A DNA stretch of 28,401 nt from positions 1 to 28,401 of the IMG/VR virus record IMGVR_UViG_3300014202_000755. One strand, written 5' to 3'. Under the pieces are notes generated by a model, which did not search any database, was not told where the DNA came from, and saw nothing but the letters and a program-made list of their open reading frames with translations. Source of the stretch: a virus (taxonomy: Duplodnaviria > Caudoviricetes). This document shows, piece by piece, positions 21,385 to 28,401 of the stretch (its first letter is position 1; each line of letters starts with the position of its first letter). Position numbers and translations under genes: made by a program.

Positions 21385-22914
21385 TCACGCGGCCGATTCG
21401 TCCGCAGCCGACTCATCCCTTACATCGCTCACGCCGGCCAACTCGGCGGCGGCAAAGGCGATCTGCATGACGCGGGTGAGTTCGGCGGTGTCGAGGTCGG
21501 AGAAGGCGGCCTGGATGGCGTCGGCCAGTTCGCGCAGGCTTTTGGCCTCATGCACCATGCCGCGCACCTGGTCGAGCATCGCGTTCCAGGCGGGCGCGGC
21601 GGCGCGGCCGAGGGTGTCGGCGGCGCGGTCGGTGTAGGTGGGGGACTGCGTCGGGTCGGCGAAGCTGGGAGAAATCCCCCCCGGCCCCCCTTTTACAAAG
21701 GGGGGAGATAGGGAAGGAGGGGGCGCGGAGGGCTCGGCGAGATCGCCTTCCAGGTAGTCGTATGCGCGCAGCCAGTAGGCGTTGGTGAACTTCGCGCCGG
21801 CGCCGCTCACCGACTTGTCGCGCTCGGCGCGCATCTTGTCGAGGGCTTCCTGGTCCCACAGCTCCCACACGGGCGCGTCGGCTCCTCCCCAGTTGATCTC
21901 GACCGTCCAGCGGATGAGCTGGTTGATCGCGGCGGCGACGATGGCGGCGTCGCCGTCGCGGATGTCCTCTGCCACTTCCAGGCCGGAGGCGCTCGATGCG
22001 CGGTTGGCGTCGGCTTCCACCGTCTGATTGGTGCCGGTGAGCGCGATGCTGACTTCGCTGCGGCAGTACAAGACCAGGCGTTCGTAGAGGTCGGCCGAGG
22101 CGGACTTGCCGGCCGCTTCGACGATGTCGACGCTGCCGTCGTCGGGGATGACGGCGACGGCGTCCTGGATCATGGCATCGAGCCGGTCGGCGAGCGCGTC
22201 CATTTCGCCCTGCGGCGTGCCGCGCGGCACCTTGCCGATGGCCCAGGGCGTGCCGTATTTCTCGGCAAAGCCGATCCAGAACTTCACGCCGCCCTTCTTG
22301 AACACCAGCGGCCAGAAGCACATCGAGAGATCCGGGAAGCCGTAGGGGTTGGCGTAGGTGGGCTCTTGGCGCGGCAGGAGGAACTTCTTCGGCGGCACCT
22401 CCTCGCCTTCCATCGGCCGGTCGCGCGTCTTGAAGCGCAGCCGGTTGTCGGTGTCGAAGCAGAACCATTCCGGCGGCTTCGCTTCCAGATTGACGGGCAC
22501 CACCAGGCGGCCGACGCGCGCCCATGTGATCTCCATCGGCTGATAGCCGTACAGCACCGCGTCGAGGATCTCGCCGACGATGCGCTCCATGTCGAGATCC
22601 GCCAGCACGGCCTCGATCTCGCGCGCCAGGCGCTTGCGGGCGCGCGAGCGGTCGAGCCCGCGCTCCAGCGCCTTGACGGCGCTCTTGCGCCGGCGCACGC
22701 AGCCGCCGACGTGGGCGTCGGAGCGCAGATCCCGGTAGACGCGGAGATCCTCGCCGCGCGCCTTGAGGATCGGGTCGGGGTTCGGCAGCACCAGGTTCAG
22801 CCCCATGTAGTCGATGGAGCGGTCGCGCGTGGCGATCTGGTCGGTGAGCTTCACGCGCGGATCGGCGAAGCGGACGAACTGGCGGTCGTTGATCCAGATG
22901 CCTTTGGTGGTCAT
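21385..22914 (-). CDS. Portal protein (Mu gp29/DUF935)
   Basis: LPNPDPILK...DAHVGGCVRRRK...DAVLYGYQPMEITW...FAEKYGTP; follows TerL. Confidence 0.94.
   Translation of the reverse strand: MTTKGIWINDRQFVRFADPRVKLTDQIATRDRSIDYMGLNLVLPNPDPILKARGEDLRVYRDLRSDAHVGGCVRRRKSAVKALERGLDRSRARKRLAREIEAVLADLDMERIVGEILDAVLYGYQPMEITWARVGRLVVPVNLEAKPPEWFCFDTDNRLRFKTRDRPMEGEEVPPKKFLLPRQEPTYANPYGFPDLSMCFWPLVFKKGGVKFWIGFAEKYGTPWAIGKVPRGTPQGEMDALADRLDAMIQDAVAVIPDDGSVDIVEAAGKSASADLYERLVLYCRSEVSIALTGTNQTVEADANRASSASGLEVAEDIRDGDAAIVAAAINQLIRWTVEINWGGADAPVWELWDQEALDKMRAERDKSVSGAGAKFTNAYWLRAYDYLEGDLAEPSAPPPSLSPPFVKGGPGGISPSFADPTQSPTYTDRAADTLGRAAAPAWNAMLDQVRGMVHEAKSLRELADAIQAAFSDLDTAELTRVMQIAFAAAELAGVSDVRDESAADESAA
21672..21706 (+). 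repeat. REP-like palindrome lying in frame within the portal gene
   Basis: AAATCCCCCCCGG-CCCCCCTTT-TAC-AAAGGGGGG-A; encodes SPPFVKGGPGGI on the minus strand. Confidence 0.7.
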
Positions 22915-22915
22915 G

Positions 22916-24673
22916 TCAGTACCTCGATGCGATGCCGCCGGCGCCGCTGCGGCGGGGGCGCGAAGTGACGGGGGCGACGCCGATGCCGCGCGTGCTTGCG
23001 ATCTTCCACAGGATGTACAGCGCGCACAGGCCGTCGTAGTCGTGGCCTGGCTGTTTCTCCGGCCAGGTGTCCAGCTCCGCCAGCAGCAGGATGAGCGATG
23101 GGTCGAACAGGATGCGCGGGTCGAACGCGTCGGTGATGAAAGGCTCCAGGGAGTCGATGCGGACTTCGCGGTCGACCGTCTCCGTCAGGCCGACGAGCGG
23201 CAGCGCCACACCCTGGGCCAGACCGGCCGTGATGAAGGTCTGACGGGAATGCTCGTAGGCATTGTTGTTCTCGAAGCCGATGGCCTGGCAGCGGAACTCG
23301 CGCTGGAACGCGATCAGGTCGGCTTCCAGCTTGCTGGGCACGCGGCGCTTGACGCGCGCGTCGACAACGTGCAGCCGACCGCGATCCCTGTCCCAGGCGC
23401 CGGCCACCAGAGCGCTGGGGTGGGACGATTCGCCCTTGCCCATCGAGGGGTCGCAGGCGCCGAACATGATCCAGTGCGTCAGGCGCGAGACGAAGAAGCG
23501 GACGGGCGTGAACACCTTGTCCTCGTCGCTGCGCGGGTCGCCCTGCATTTCCGTGGCGAAGGCTCTGGCGTTCTTTGCGCGCTGGCGCATGAGCCAGTAG
23601 AGCGATCGCACGCCGGGCCAGGATATCTCCGCGCCCTCGTCCATCTCGGCCTGGTGCTCAAGATAGTACACATGGGAGGGCAGATCCTTCTCCTGCAGCA
23701 CCTCGCCAGCGCCGGAGGCTTCCTCCTCGGCGGCCTTGTCGCGGTTGAGCATGATCGCCTGGCACTCTTCCCACAGCTCCATGTGCGTCGGCAGCTTGAT
23801 CAGCGCGCGGAAGTGATGCACCAGGTGGCCGATGGCGCCCTTGGCGTGGCTGATCGGGTCGTTCTTGTTGAGCACGGTGCCGACGCCGAGGAACTTGACG
23901 TTGCCCTCGGGCGGGCCGAGGTAGTCGATGGCCTTTTCCAGCCAGTCCCAGCGGTTGGTGCATTCCGTCGGGCTCTTGGCTTCCTTGTCGGTGATGAGAT
24001 CGTCGCCGGCCAGCAGCTTGGGCCGGCTGGCGCCGTGGAAGGTGCCGCGAATGGCCTGCTCGGCGCCGAAGGATTCCCACTTGACGCCGAGCCGGGTGAC
24101 GAATTCGCCGATCTTCCACAAGTCGCCGCGCCCGCAGGCTTCGGGGAAATCCAGCGCAAGCGCGGCGTTCAGCGTCAGCTCGGCCTTGACGACTTCGAGC
24201 AGCTTGGACGGCAGCTTCGTCTCGGCGCCGAGCAGCACGCCGTAGTCTATGAAGAACGGCGGCGGGCCTTCCCATTCCAGCTCGTCGTGGAACGCCGCGT
24301 CCTGCAGGATGGCGCGCACCGAGCACCAGCACGGCACGATCTTGGTGAAGATCGAGGACTTGGCCTCGCCGCGCGGCGCCACCCACCATTCCTTCGCGCC
24401 GGCCTCCTTGTCCAGGATCAGCGGGATGCGCCCGAACGCATGCCGGTGGAACTGCGAGGCCGGCGGCCGGATGTGATGCGGAAAATAGGTGTAGGCGAAG
24501 AACTGGAAGTCGCTCTGGGTGAGCACGCGCCGGCGCCGCTCGCGCCGCGCTTCCGGCGAAGGGTCGAGGCCGATGCGCACGGCCGCCGCCTCGGCGCGGG
24601 CGGAGGCGACGATCTTGGCGATCTCGTCGCGGAACTCGCGCTCGGTGACGTAGTCGTGGGCGCCGATGGCCAC
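22916..24673 (-). CDS. terL: Terminase large subunit, 585 aa
   Basis: Walker A-like APRGEAKS, Walker B-like LLAGDD, nuclease GACDPSMG...HDYDGLCAL. GTG at 24673 just after the TerS stop. Confidence 0.93.
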   Translation of the reverse strand: MAIGAHDYVTEREFRDEIAKIVASARAEAAAVRIGLDPSPEARRERRRRVLTQSDFQFFAYTYFPHHIRPPASQFHRHAFGRIPLILDKEAGAKEWWVAPRGEAKSSIFTKIVPCWCSVRAILQDAAFHDELEWEGPPPFFIDYGVLLGAETKLPSKLLEVVKAELTLNAALALDFPEACGRGDLWKIGEFVTRLGVKWESFGAEQAIRGTFHGASRPKLLAGDDLITDKEAKSPTECTNRWDWLEKAIDYLGPPEGNVKFLGVGTVLNKNDPISHAKGAIGHLVHHFRALIKLPTHMELWEECQAIMLNRDKAAEEEASGAGEVLQEKDLPSHVYYLEHQAEMDEGAEISWPGVRSLYWLMRQRAKNARAFATEMQGDPRSDEDKVFTPVRFFVSRLTHWIMFGACDPSMGKGESSHPSALVAGAWDRDRGRLHVVDARVKRRVPSKLEADLIAFQREFRCQAIGFENNNAYEHSRQTFITAGLAQGVALPLVGLTETVDREVRIDSLEPFITDAFDPRILFDPSLILLLAELDTWPEKQPGHDYDGLCALYILWKIASTRGIGVAPVTSRPRRSGAGGIASRY

Positions 24674-24675
24674 GC

Positions 24676-25176
24676 CTACCCCTTGGCCTTGGCCAGCCGG
24701 GCGCCGAAGCCTTCCAGTATCTCCGCGAACGCCTGCATGTGGCGCGGGTGGTCGGCGCGGATGAACCCGGTGAGATCCTTCAGGACTTCCATCGCGACGG
24801 CCAGGCGGTCGGTCTCTGGCATCAGGCGCTTGGCGACAGACATCAGCTTGTTGTAGGCATCGGCGAGGCTGGAGAGCAGCTTCACCTTCGTCACCGGGTC
24901 CATGTCCGGCTCTCGCTGGATCTGTTCCACCGTGGCCTGCACCTGCTGCACCACGACGGCGAGCGTCTGGCGCACCACGTCTTCGATGCCGCCGCCGGCG
25001 ATCATCTGCGCGCCGCGCGCGCGCTCCCAGTCGTCGCCGGCATCGAGCGCCTCGCGCTTCCAGCGGCGGGCGGTGGCGATCGGCACGCCGGAGTTGAGCG
25101 CGGAGACCTCCAGCGTGAGTTGCTGGAAGATGAAAGCCGCGCGCACGGCGCGGCGGATGTCTCCGCTGTGGGCCAT
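24676..25176 (-). CDS. terS: Terminase small subunit (DUF1804-like)
   Basis: MAHSGDIRRAVRAAFIF...TARRWKREA...GDDWERAR HTH pattern, directly before TerL. Confidence 0.88.
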   Translation of the reverse strand: MAHSGDIRRAVRAAFIFQQLTLEVSALNSGVPIATARRWKREALDAGDDWERARGAQMIAGGGIEDVVRQTLAVVVQQVQATVEQIQREPDMDPVTKVKLLSSLADAYNKLMSVAKRLMPETDRLAVAMEVLKDLTGFIRADHPRHMQAFAEILEGFGARLAKAKG

Positions 25177-25182
25177 GACCAG

Positions 25183-25419
25183 TTAAAAGCTGTCCGGACG
25201 CGCGACGGATCGAACCAGCGCCATGAACCCCTTTTGCAGGTCGGTCTTGGCGATCGCGATCCACCTTGCGTCGATCTGGCCGCGATCCTTTGCAGCCTTT
25301 TCGAGCGTCTCGACCAGGGCGCCGACTTCAGCCGCCTTGTTCTTGACCTCGTTCATCAGCGCGATCTCCTCTTGCGAAAGATCACGATAGCCCTTGATAT
25401 GCTTGTGCTGGTTTTCCAT
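25183..25419 (-). CDS. acb2: Anti-CBASS cyclic-nucleotide sponge Acb2 homolog, 78 aa
   Basis: [23 protein letters not shown] and [27 protein letters not shown] match both conserved blocks of Acb2 as I recall them; GAGGA SD. Confidence 0.9.
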   Translation of the reverse strand: MENQHKHIKGYRDLSQEEIALMNEVKNKAAEVGALVETLEKAAKDRGQIDARWIAIAKTDLQKGFMALVRSVARPDSF

Positions 25420-25428
25420 GTCGATCCT

Positions 25429-25731
25429 CTACGGTTGAGTCCTCGCCTCGCCCGGCCCAGGCCGGCGCACGCCGGGCGTCTGCGTGCGCCCGGTGGCCAC
25501 ATCGGCGCCGCGATCGGTGAGGCGCACGGCATCGAGCTCCAGGGCCTCGACCAGGCCCTGCTCGGCGAGCCAGGCGAGGTCGGTGGCGAGGCGGTCGGCG
25601 CTGACGAGATAGCCGGTGAGCTCGACCTGGCCGCGCAGCGCGGCGCGCGCCAGCGTGTAGCCGGGCGCGAAGAACAGCGCGAGAAGGATGGTCAGGCGGC
25701 GGGCGGATTCGACGCTCTGCGCGTAGCTCAT
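25429..25731 (-). CDS. Mu gp26-like winged-helix protein, 100 aa
   Basis: RRLTILLAL...DLAWLAEQGLV...LTDRGADVATGR...PGVRRP; ATGA-coupled start. Confidence 0.85.
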   Translation of the reverse strand: MSYAQSVESARRLTILLALFFAPGYTLARAALRGQVELTGYLVSADRLATDLAWLAEQGLVEALELDAVRLTDRGADVATGRTQTPGVRRPGPGEARTQP

Positions 25732-26054
25732 GACTTGCCTCTGAGAAGGTGTTCGTGGATGGTGCTGAGCAGGTTGCGCACGCCGCGGAACTCGCCGGCC
25801 AGCTCCTTCACGCCCTCGCCGACCTTGTTGACCTTTTCGTGCAGGGCGGAGAGGTCGTCGTGCGTGGGCGCGCCTTCGGCCTTGGCTTCGAGGTGCGCGA
25901 GCTGTTCGCCGTGGCTCTGGAGCGTGCCCTCGACGGTGTCGATGCGGGCGTTGGTCTTGTCGCTGCGTTTCTCGATGTACAGCCAGGCGCCGATGCTGAA
26001 GGTGCCGACCATGTTGATGACGACCAGGCCGGTCTTGATGACTTCGAAGTCCAT
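25728..26054 (-). CDS. Mu gp25-like (DUF2730) single-pass membrane protein
   Basis: N-terminal hydrophobic helix, coiled coil, PTHDDLSALH motif; precedes the gp26-like gene. Confidence 0.78.
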   Translation of the reverse strand: MDFEVIKTGLVVINMVGTFSIGAWLYIEKRSDKTNARIDTVEGTLQSHGEQLAHLEAKAEGAPTHDDLSALHEKVNKVGEGVKELAGEFRGVRNLLSTIHEHLLRGKS

Positions 26055-26060
26055 GCGCTC

Positions 26061-26291
26061 CTATCCGGGGCTCGGGGCCCGCTCCAGTTCCGTTTGACAT
26101 TCGATGCAGGTCTGCACGCCCGGCACGGCCCTGCGCCGCTTCATCGATATTCCGCCGCCGCACACCCGACATTCATCGGCGGAATCCCGCCAGGTCTTGC
26201 CCGTTAACCCGGCGCGCCGCGCCTGGGCTTTTAACGCATCCTCGCGCAGTTGCTCTTCGCGCTCGGTGGCGCGGTCGTAGATGTCGGTCAT
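26061..26291 (-). CDS. TraR/DksA C4 zinc-finger protein, 76 aa
   Basis: MTDIYDRA (DxxDxA), CRVCGGGI..RRRAVPGVQTCIECQ. Confidence 0.9.
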   Translation of the reverse strand: MTDIYDRATEREEQLREDALKAQARRAGLTGKTWRDSADECRVCGGGISMKRRRAVPGVQTCIECQTELERAPSPG

Positions 26292-26920
26292 GATCGAAGG
26301 GAATCCGCGTGGCGCGCCTCGATGCGTGCGCGGATCCGCTCTCCCTGCCAATGCCCCCAGGCCGCGAGCGCCGCTTCCGTGAAAAAGTCCGTATGCCCGA
26401 GCACCTGCGGCAGGCCGGCGGTGTCCGCGCGGTCGAGCCGGCGCTCGTCGGTGTAGAGGTTCTCGATGCGCGCATCGGCCGGGCCGACGTAGCCGTCGCG
26501 GCCGAGGCTGCCCCACATGTGCCCGAGCAGCAGCGCGCTGACGGTGACCCAGCCGTCGTCGCTGTTGGCGATGACGTCCACCCACGGCACCTGCGGCGCC
26601 CAGGGGCGGTCGGCGTCGAGCGCGCCCTGGATGGCCACCACGCCGCCGACGGGCGCGCCCATGTCGCAGATGAGCGCGGCCAACGCCACGCCGTTGGAGT
26701 GCCCGACGATGATGTCGCCCGGCGCGATAGAGTCGGCGAAACAGGCGGCAAGCTTGTCGTTGGCGAAACGCGCCTGCCACCACTTGAGCTTGCCGTAGCT
26801 GCGCACGCGCACCTTGAGGCCGGCGGCCTGCAGGTATGGCGCCAGCAGGCGCGGGTTGCCGCCGCGCTCTTCGGCGTGGATGCCGTGCAGCAGGTGGATG
26901 GTGGGTTCGTCGCGCGTCAC
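26288..26920 (-). CDS. Alpha/beta-hydrolase (serine esterase/lipase-like), 210 aa
   Basis: LLHG oxyanion strand, IIVGHSNG nucleophile elbow, NSDD acid candidates, GHTDFF His. GGAGGAG SD and GTGA overlap with the lysin stop. Confidence 0.85.
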   Translation of the reverse strand: MTRDEPTIHLLHGIHAEERGGNPRLLAPYLQAAGLKVRVRSYGKLKWWQARFANDKLAACFADSIAPGDIIVGHSNGVALAALICDMGAPVGGVVAIQGALDADRPWAPQVPWVDVIANSDDGWVTVSALLLGHMWGSLGRDGYVGPADARIENLYTDERRLDRADTAGLPQVLGHTDFFTEAALAAWGHWQGERIRARIEARHADSLRS

Positions 26921-27507
26921 GGCGACTCCTCCAGCAGGTGGTCTTTCGGCGGCACCATGTCGCTGCGCAGCCATGCGGCCACGTCGAAGCCGGGGCAGGT
27001 CTTGAGCCATTCCCACGGCTCGACCAGGCCGTCGTTGTCCTTGTCAGGCGAGAGATCGCGGTGGCCGGTGACGCGGGCGTCAGGGAACTCCTTGCGCAGC
27101 CGATCCACCAGGGCGGCCAGGCTGCTCCATTGGGCAGCGGCGTATTTGTCCGTGCCGGCGACACAGATGCCGATGGAGTTGCGATTGTTGCCGGCGACGT
27201 GGGCGCCGATCTCGCCGAGGTGACGGCCGGTGGCGATGGCGCCGTTGGTGTAGATCGCGAAGTGGTAGCCGATGTGCCTGAGTTGAGAATTCTGCCGGGC
27301 GCGCCAGGCGCCATCGCGGAGGAACTTGTGCTCGCGCACCTTGACGCCATCCTTGAACACCGGCTGGCCGTGCCAGTGGTCGATGTCCAGCGTAGAGACC
27401 CAGCGGCCGTTCGGTGTGGCCGAGCAGTGGATGACGATCAGGTCGATATTGCGCCCGCCGGCGGCGGGCGCGGGTGCGCGAAGGGCGGATGAGGATGCGT
27501 GGGCCAT
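26917..27507 (-). CDS. Endolysin, N-acetylmuramoyl-L-alanine amidase (T7 lysozyme-like)
   Basis: IVIHCSAT, IGYHF, GAHVAG.N.NSIGIC, GHRDLS and KTCP zinc-amidase motifs. Confidence 0.95.
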   Translation of the reverse strand: MAHASSSALRAPAPAAGGRNIDLIVIHCSATPNGRWVSTLDIDHWHGQPVFKDGVKVREHKFLRDGAWRARQNSQLRHIGYHFAIYTNGAIATGRHLGEIGAHVAGNNRNSIGICVAGTDKYAAAQWSSLAALVDRLRKEFPDARVTGHRDLSPDKDNDGLVEPWEWLKTCPGFDVAAWLRSDMVPPKDHLLEESP

Positions 27508-27514
27508 GCGCGCC

Positions 27515-27563
27515 AGTTTCGCGCGCGCGCGGCCGGATCAGCAGGGGGAGCCGGGTCGGGGGT
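27515..27563 (-). promoter_or_regulatory. Late promoter copy 3 (lysis/packaging operon, Plys equivalent)
   Basis: ACCCCCGACCCggcTCCCCCTG-N21-GAAACT-N7-ATG. Confidence 0.85.
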
Positions 27564-27596
27564 TGCCGCGGGCGCGGATGGCGCCGCGCAAATATA

Positions 27597-28064
27597 TCAG
27601 AACAGGGATTCCTGCACAGCCACTGGCGCGGCGTCTGGACGATCGACGACCCTCTCGACCTGGCGGTAGACCATGCCGTATTTGAGGCCGATGATCTGCA
27701 CGGCCTGGGCCTTGCTGGCGCCTTCCCGCATCGTCAGCGCGTCGAACTCGGCGCGGATGACGCGGTGGCGCAGCTCGTCGCGCGCGGCGCGGCACATCGG
27801 CACCTCGAGGATGTCGCCGCCGATCCAGGCGGCGAGCGCCTCGGTGGCCTCTTCGCCGATGATGCCGGCGATGATCTTCCACTTTTTGGCGCCGGCGGCG
27901 TTGGCGTCCGGCCGGCGCGGCATCTGGAACTGCACACCGGGCCAGGCGTTGAGCAGCGCCAGCGCCGGGCCGACGCCCAGGCGCTTGATGAGATCGTGCG
28001 CCGAGCCGGGCAGAAGGTGGCCGACGATGTCGAGGTCCTCGGCGGTGAGCGGCTTCATGGTCAC
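27597..28064 (-). CDS. Mor/C-family late transcription activator
   Basis: LLPGSAHDLIKRLG...IGGDILEVPMC...RHRVIRAEFD...LKYGMVYRQVERVV HTH; position just before the lysin. Start is GTG 28064 or ATG 28058. Confidence 0.88.
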   Translation of the reverse strand: MTMKPLTAEDLDIVGHLLPGSAHDLIKRLGVGPALALLNAWPGVQFQMPRRPDANAAGAKKWKIIAGIIGEEATEALAAWIGGDILEVPMCRAARDELRHRVIRAEFDALTMREGASKAQAVQIIGLKYGMVYRQVERVVDRPDAAPVAVQESLF

Positions 28065-28294
28065 GGCTTTGGCGCCTTCACCTTGAAGTCGATGCCTTTC
28101 GGCTGCCACACCAGGCCGCGCGAATTGAGCCAGCCCATGACGATTCGTTCGTCGATCTGCCTGGCCAGCTCCTTGTCGATGACGATCTTGATCTCGCGCG
28201 GCCGGCCGCAGCGCTCGAACCAGGCCCAGGCGACCACCGCGCCGAAGCCGGCGCCGGCGAGGAAGGCGAAGGCGAGCATGGCGTGGCCGCTCAT
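28061..28294 (-). CDS. Small single-pass membrane protein, 77 aa
   Basis: MSGHAMLAFAFLAGAGFGAVVAWAWF...; ATGA and GTGA coupling. Confidence 0.68.
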   Translation of the reverse strand: MSGHAMLAFAFLAGAGFGAVVAWAWFERCGRPREIKIVIDKELARQIDERIVMGWLNSRGLVWQPKGIDFKVKAPKP

Positions 28295-28401
28295 GCGCGT
28301 TCCCTCTGCCGCTGCAGGTGCGTGTTCAGTGCGGCGACGATGCGCCACAGCTCGGTGTAGCTGCACAGCTCCAGCGGCTTGACGACGGAGCCGCCGCCGA
28401 G
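28291..28401 (-). CDS. C-terminal end of a probable GemA/gp16 (DUF1018)-like protein, truncated by the window
   Basis: LGGGSVVKPLELCSYTELWRIVAALNTHLQRQRERA*; only 36 residues are visible, so the call rests on pattern and position. Confidence 0.5.
   Translation of the reverse strand, partial: LGGGSVVKPLELCSYTELWRIVAALNTHLQRQRERA

Larger units (their letters stand above)
1..28401 (-). mobile_element. Mu-like transposable prophage, late region (lysis, head, long non-contractile tail, com-MTase); both ends lie outside the window
   Basis: Gene order gemA-like, Mor/C, lysin, gp25/26-like, TerS, TerL, portal, F, G, protease I, capsid, gp36, gp37, tail, com follows Mu-like phages. Most junctions are coupled by ATGA/GTGA/TGATG overlaps. 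No sheath gene was recognised. Confidence 0.96.

Noticed and set aside
22814-26097. 680-aa and 452-aa + strand ORFs
   Set aside because: Shadows of terL, terS, acb2 and gp25/26-like genes, which carry clear motifs on the minus strand.
27020-27050. DKDNDGLVE EF-hand-like loop in the amidase
   Set aside because: I recall similar DxDxDG inserts as common in this amidase subfamily, so it is not distinctive.
11161-27563. Repeated 22-bp motif as CRISPR repeats or transposase end sites
   Set aside because: Only three dispersed copies, each at fixed spacing from a -10 at an operon start; this fits promoters.

Overview
The whole window is the late half of a GC-rich, Mu-like (transposable) prophage, almost entirely on the minus strand. 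Read right to left it contains: the 3' end of a GemA/gp16-like gene, a small membrane protein, a Mor/C-family late activator and an amidase endolysin. Next come an alpha/beta-hydrolase, TraR/DksA, gp25- and gp26-like genes, a clear Acb2 anti-CBASS homolog, TerS/TerL, portal, F and G. An accessory island follows, then protease/scaffold, cement, major capsid, head-tail connector genes, a fibre-like cluster, tail tube, chaperone with a -1 frameshift, tape measure and tail tip genes. It ends in com plus a DNA methyltransferase standing in for mom (truncated at the left edge). Neither phage end nor the transposase is in the window. The most notable items are: (1) an island between G and I with overlapping divergent sigma70 promoters, a c4/CI-like cloverleaf antisense RNA complementary to the RBS of a four-gene operon of unknown function, and a leaderless membrane-protein gene; (2) three exactly spaced copies of a late-promoter motif, two apparently giving leaderless mRNAs; (3) a serine hydrolase next to the endolysin where spanins are expected; (4) a structured antisense RNA and an RBS-sequestering hairpin at com-MTase; (5) Acb2; (6) a capsid protein with a hydrophobic N-terminal leader. 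Family assignments come from motif recognition and gene order only; no searches were run.
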